Positions 17,400 to 19,988 of a stretch of 19,988 nucleotides of DNA are shown piece by piece. The DNA is from Bdellovibrionota bacterium (GTDB lineage: Bacteria > Bdellovibrionota_C > UBA2361 > JBIKWN01). The notes beneath the pieces were generated by a model. The model did not search any database. It had not been told where the DNA came from and saw nothing but the letters and a program-made list of their open reading frames with translations. Both the position numbers and the translations under genes were made by a program. Each line of letters begins with the position of its first letter. The stretch's first letter is position 1. The stretch spans positions 1 to 19,988 of the forward strand of contig JBIKWN010000045.1 in assembly GCA_044356295.1 (NCBI GenBank). Direction: 5' to 3'.

Positions 17400-19883
17400 G
17401 TGCCGAATATGCTTCAAGAAACCCTTCAGCAATCTCAACAGATACCATACCTACGTACTGAAATCCGATCTCCAATAGATACGTTAGTAATCAAACTAGA
17501 TGCCATCTTTACACTCCCACATGCAGATGAACGAACAAGTCAAATTGATGAAATAAAAGAGGAAGTATCCAAAGTAATCGCGTCAGAAAATACCTCTGTA
17601 AAAGAGAGGATTTTAATAGAAACCCTTTTTCTATTTTGCCAAGCCAAAAAGCATAACGATCGCACGCAGAATAAAATTGATGTACTTGGCCTTTTAGTTC
17701 GACAGACTGACATATCAAGAGTGCATGCTTTAACGATCATCCTCAATCCCCATACTTCAGATGAAATTGTAGCTTGGTCAAAAAAGCTCCTGACAATCAG
17801 AGATATGAAAGAGATATTTTCATTCAATGATGACGCTTCGAACCTTTATGAGTTTTTGAAAGATGATGTTGTTTCAAATTTATTAAATCCTGATATATCA
17901 GAGATAAAATTTCTTTTTAGTGTATATTTTGGACTCATGAGCGAGCACAAAGAAAGACATTCACTGCTCTTGAGTCATATTCATCCTTCGTGGCATCGGT
18001 CTCTACAACTAACAAAGTTATTATTTCATGAAGAACTTAATTCTTCGGATCAAGTATCTGCTTGTAACGAAGAGACATTGCAACGACTGATTGGCATTAC
18101 AGCTCAATCACTTTCTGAGTTTGAAGATCCACGTCGGTCATATCTTGTAAAAGAAGTCATAGCTTCACCAAATCATCAAGATGAACTTGGTTTCATTCTT
18201 ACTGCGATGGATACATTTCAAGCTTCATCTGGACTTGAATATAGTTGGGTTGTCGATGGCATTAAGGAACTTATTCCGTCATTACGAAAATATCGTGAGC
18301 TGACTTCTGACGTAGCAAACCTGCTTTTTTCCTCTCAACATCCAGATGCACTCTCTTGCCTGAAAGAAATTCAAAAAATGAGCTCACAACGTTCCGATGC
18401 TTGGCTTATCTCAACAGTTGCGCTGGCAGCTCGTGGTGACCAAAAATCTCTTCGTGTACTTGATAAAGGATTAATTAGAAAACCAATAGTATCACGAGTA
18501 GATATTTCAAATGAAAAAATAGAAAAAATCATATCTACTGGAATCGATTTTGATTCGACAGGTGCATTAACTCGTCTACTATGGGAGCAAATTACTACTA
18601 ATAAAATCTTCTCAAGACAAGTGATTGCTGACATTGGTATGAAAACAATTGATGCCAAACCAGTTGTTACTAAAGAAGAAATACAACAGCATTGCAATAA
18701 TCTTCTTATCGAATACAGCGCCGAATCATTAGAAAAGTTTGAGCAGGTTGAAAACATCATAGGTCTTGCTAAGGATCTTTCTTTAATCCTCAGAGATGAC
18801 CTATTAGCTCTTACTTCTCAACGATATAACAATCCTTATTTTGATGCGGTTATTCTCTATCGCTATCTTCTACAAAACTTCGAACATGATTTTCCTCTTT
18901 GCTTTCAATTAATTTCAGGAGTCATTCTTCCGGAAGATCTTGAGCTTTTACTTAAGGCAAAGCAGCAACAGATACCAATCGACAAACTACACCACTGCTT
19001 ATATGCGAGTGACCATGAAATCATGATAAATTTCGATCTCTTTGCAAAATTTCCTAAAAGATTCCCTGAAATCTTTATTAAAATGATTCTTAGCAATAAT
19101 TATCCGAATCAATCAAAACTTCTTACTTTTTATGAAGATGCTCAGTGGAGAAGAGATTTTCTCGATGTACTTTCTGATGCCTCAGATCTTCTGACACAAA
19201 ATGATACACTAGACGCTTCACAGAAAATAAAGATTTACCTGCAAGCCCTTCTAGATGCAGAAAGACTTGGCATCACAAAGCCATTTCGACTCTTACCATC
19301 ACAATTAATTGACATTGTTCGTGCACGACAATCCCCTCAACATGAATCGACCGCACCCAGTATTGCAATATTTTCGTCACGTTCTGATTATAATAATGCA
19401 TTCCAATCAATTGCTGATATCATTTCTAATTATCAAGATGCTGGCTATCTTGTTATCTACTACGAAATCACAGACAAATATCACTTAGCAGAGATGATCG
19501 AAGAGTTCAGAAATGAATTTAAAACAGCTGCAACAATATGGATCGCTGCACATGCAAGTGGTAGTAAAATGCAATATGCTGGAAATAATCATTCGTTAAA
19601 CCTTAATAATTCTGATATTCAATTCTTAAGACAACTTGGAATAGACAGTATCATAGAAACAAATGGACAACTTGTCCTCCAAGGATGTTCGACGAATCAA
19701 ACATTACAAGGAAGTGTTTCTATAGCTGGAGGCTTTGAATATCTATTAGCAAACCGTCCCGATGTTGATATCGCCTCAAGTCGATTTATTACTTCAGCTT
19801 TTGACCTGTCATATCAGGTTGGTGATGATGGGCTCCTTAGAGTGAAATACCCAGATTTACCAGTCCACTGGAACATTGGTTAG
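17400..19883 (+). CDS. Large hypothetical protein: alpha-helical N-terminal region plus a putative C-terminal clan CD (caspase-fold) peptidase-like domain
   Basis: 827-aa ORF (GTG 17400 or ATG 17409) with no obvious signal peptide. The last ~170 aa show alternating beta/alpha elements with IWIAAH718AS and LVLQGC763ST. The domain call rests on motifs alone. Confidence 0.8.
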   Translation: MPNMLQETLQQSQQIPYLRTEIRSPIDTLVIKLDAIFTLPHADERTSQIDEIKEEVSKVIASENTSVKERILIETLFLFCQAKKHNDRTQNKIDVLGLLVRQTDISRVHALTIILNPHTSDEIVAWSKKLLTIRDMKEIFSFNDDASNLYEFLKDDVVSNLLNPDISEIKFLFSVYFGLMSEHKERHSLLLSHIHPSWHRSLQLTKLLFHEELNSSDQVSACNEETLQRLIGITAQSLSEFEDPRRSYLVKEVIASPNHQDELGFILTAMDTFQASSGLEYSWVVDGIKELIPSLRKYRELTSDVANLLFSSQHPDALSCLKEIQKMSSQRSDAWLISTVALAARGDQKSLRVLDKGLIRKPIVSRVDISNEKIEKIISTGIDFDSTGALTRLLWEQITTNKIFSRQVIADIGMKTIDAKPVVTKEEIQQHCNNLLIEYSAESLEKFEQVENIIGLAKDLSLILRDDLLALTSQRYNNPYFDAVILYRYLLQNFEHDFPLCFQLISGVILPEDLELLLKAKQQQIPIDKLHHCLYASDHEIMINFDLFAKFPKRFPEIFIKMILSNNYPNQSKLLTFYEDAQWRRDFLDVLSDASDLLTQNDTLDASQKIKIYLQALLDAERLGITKPFRLLPSQLIDIVRARQSPQHESTAPSIAIFSSRSDYNNAFQSIADIISNYQDAGYLVIYYEITDKYHLAEMIEEFRNEFKTAATIWIAAHASGSKMQYAGNNHSLNLNNSDIQFLRQLGIDSIIETNGQLVLQGCSTNQTLQGSVSIAGGFEYLLANRPDVDIASSRFITSAFDLSYQVGDDGLLRVKYPDLPVHWNIG

Positions 19884-19930
19884 TTTTCTCGTGCATCACT
19901 ATCCGGTAGAAAGTCATTGAATACTCTGTG

Positions 19931-19988
19931 AGTAACGCGAAGGTCGCGAAGTACGCGAAGGAGTCGATGTTATCCTTCGCGTACTTCG
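19931..19988. repeat. 9-bp-periodic palindromic repeat (REP-like), truncated by the window end
   Basis: Three CGCGAAG units at 9-bp spacing, then a perfect 16-bp stem CGAAGTACGCGAAGGA (19947-19962) / TCCTTCGCGTACTTCG (19973-19988) with a 10-nt loop. Confidence 0.85.

Overview
A moderately AT-rich bacterial chromosomal segment from a diderm, LPS-producing organism; the gene style suggests a deltaproteobacteria/Bdellovibrionota-like lineage, but this is inference only. Most of it is housekeeping or cell envelope: recN, NAD kinase and a lipoprotein; a nucleotide-sugar cluster (rmd, gmd, manC, rmlD, rmlB, rmlA, with no rmlC) directly downstream of accD-lptD; a Nif3/YbgI-family gene; and pgk. Accessory parts are (i) a 3.27-5.5 kb patch with a SAM methyltransferase cut by an in-frame TAA, a probable gene remnant, a secreted mini-collagen/Cys-rich protein and a 355-bp intergenic region with a possible RNA structure, and (ii) an 827-aa orphan ending in a putative caspase-fold His/Cys domain. 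The clearest non-coding signals are a 130-bp MITE-like element after pgk (perfect 18-bp terminal inverted repeats, internal hexamer-periodic palindrome) and a 9-bp-periodic palindromic repeat family at both ends of the window. I found no CRISPR array, rRNA, tRNA, transposase or integrase, and I cannot support a complete novel multi-gene system.
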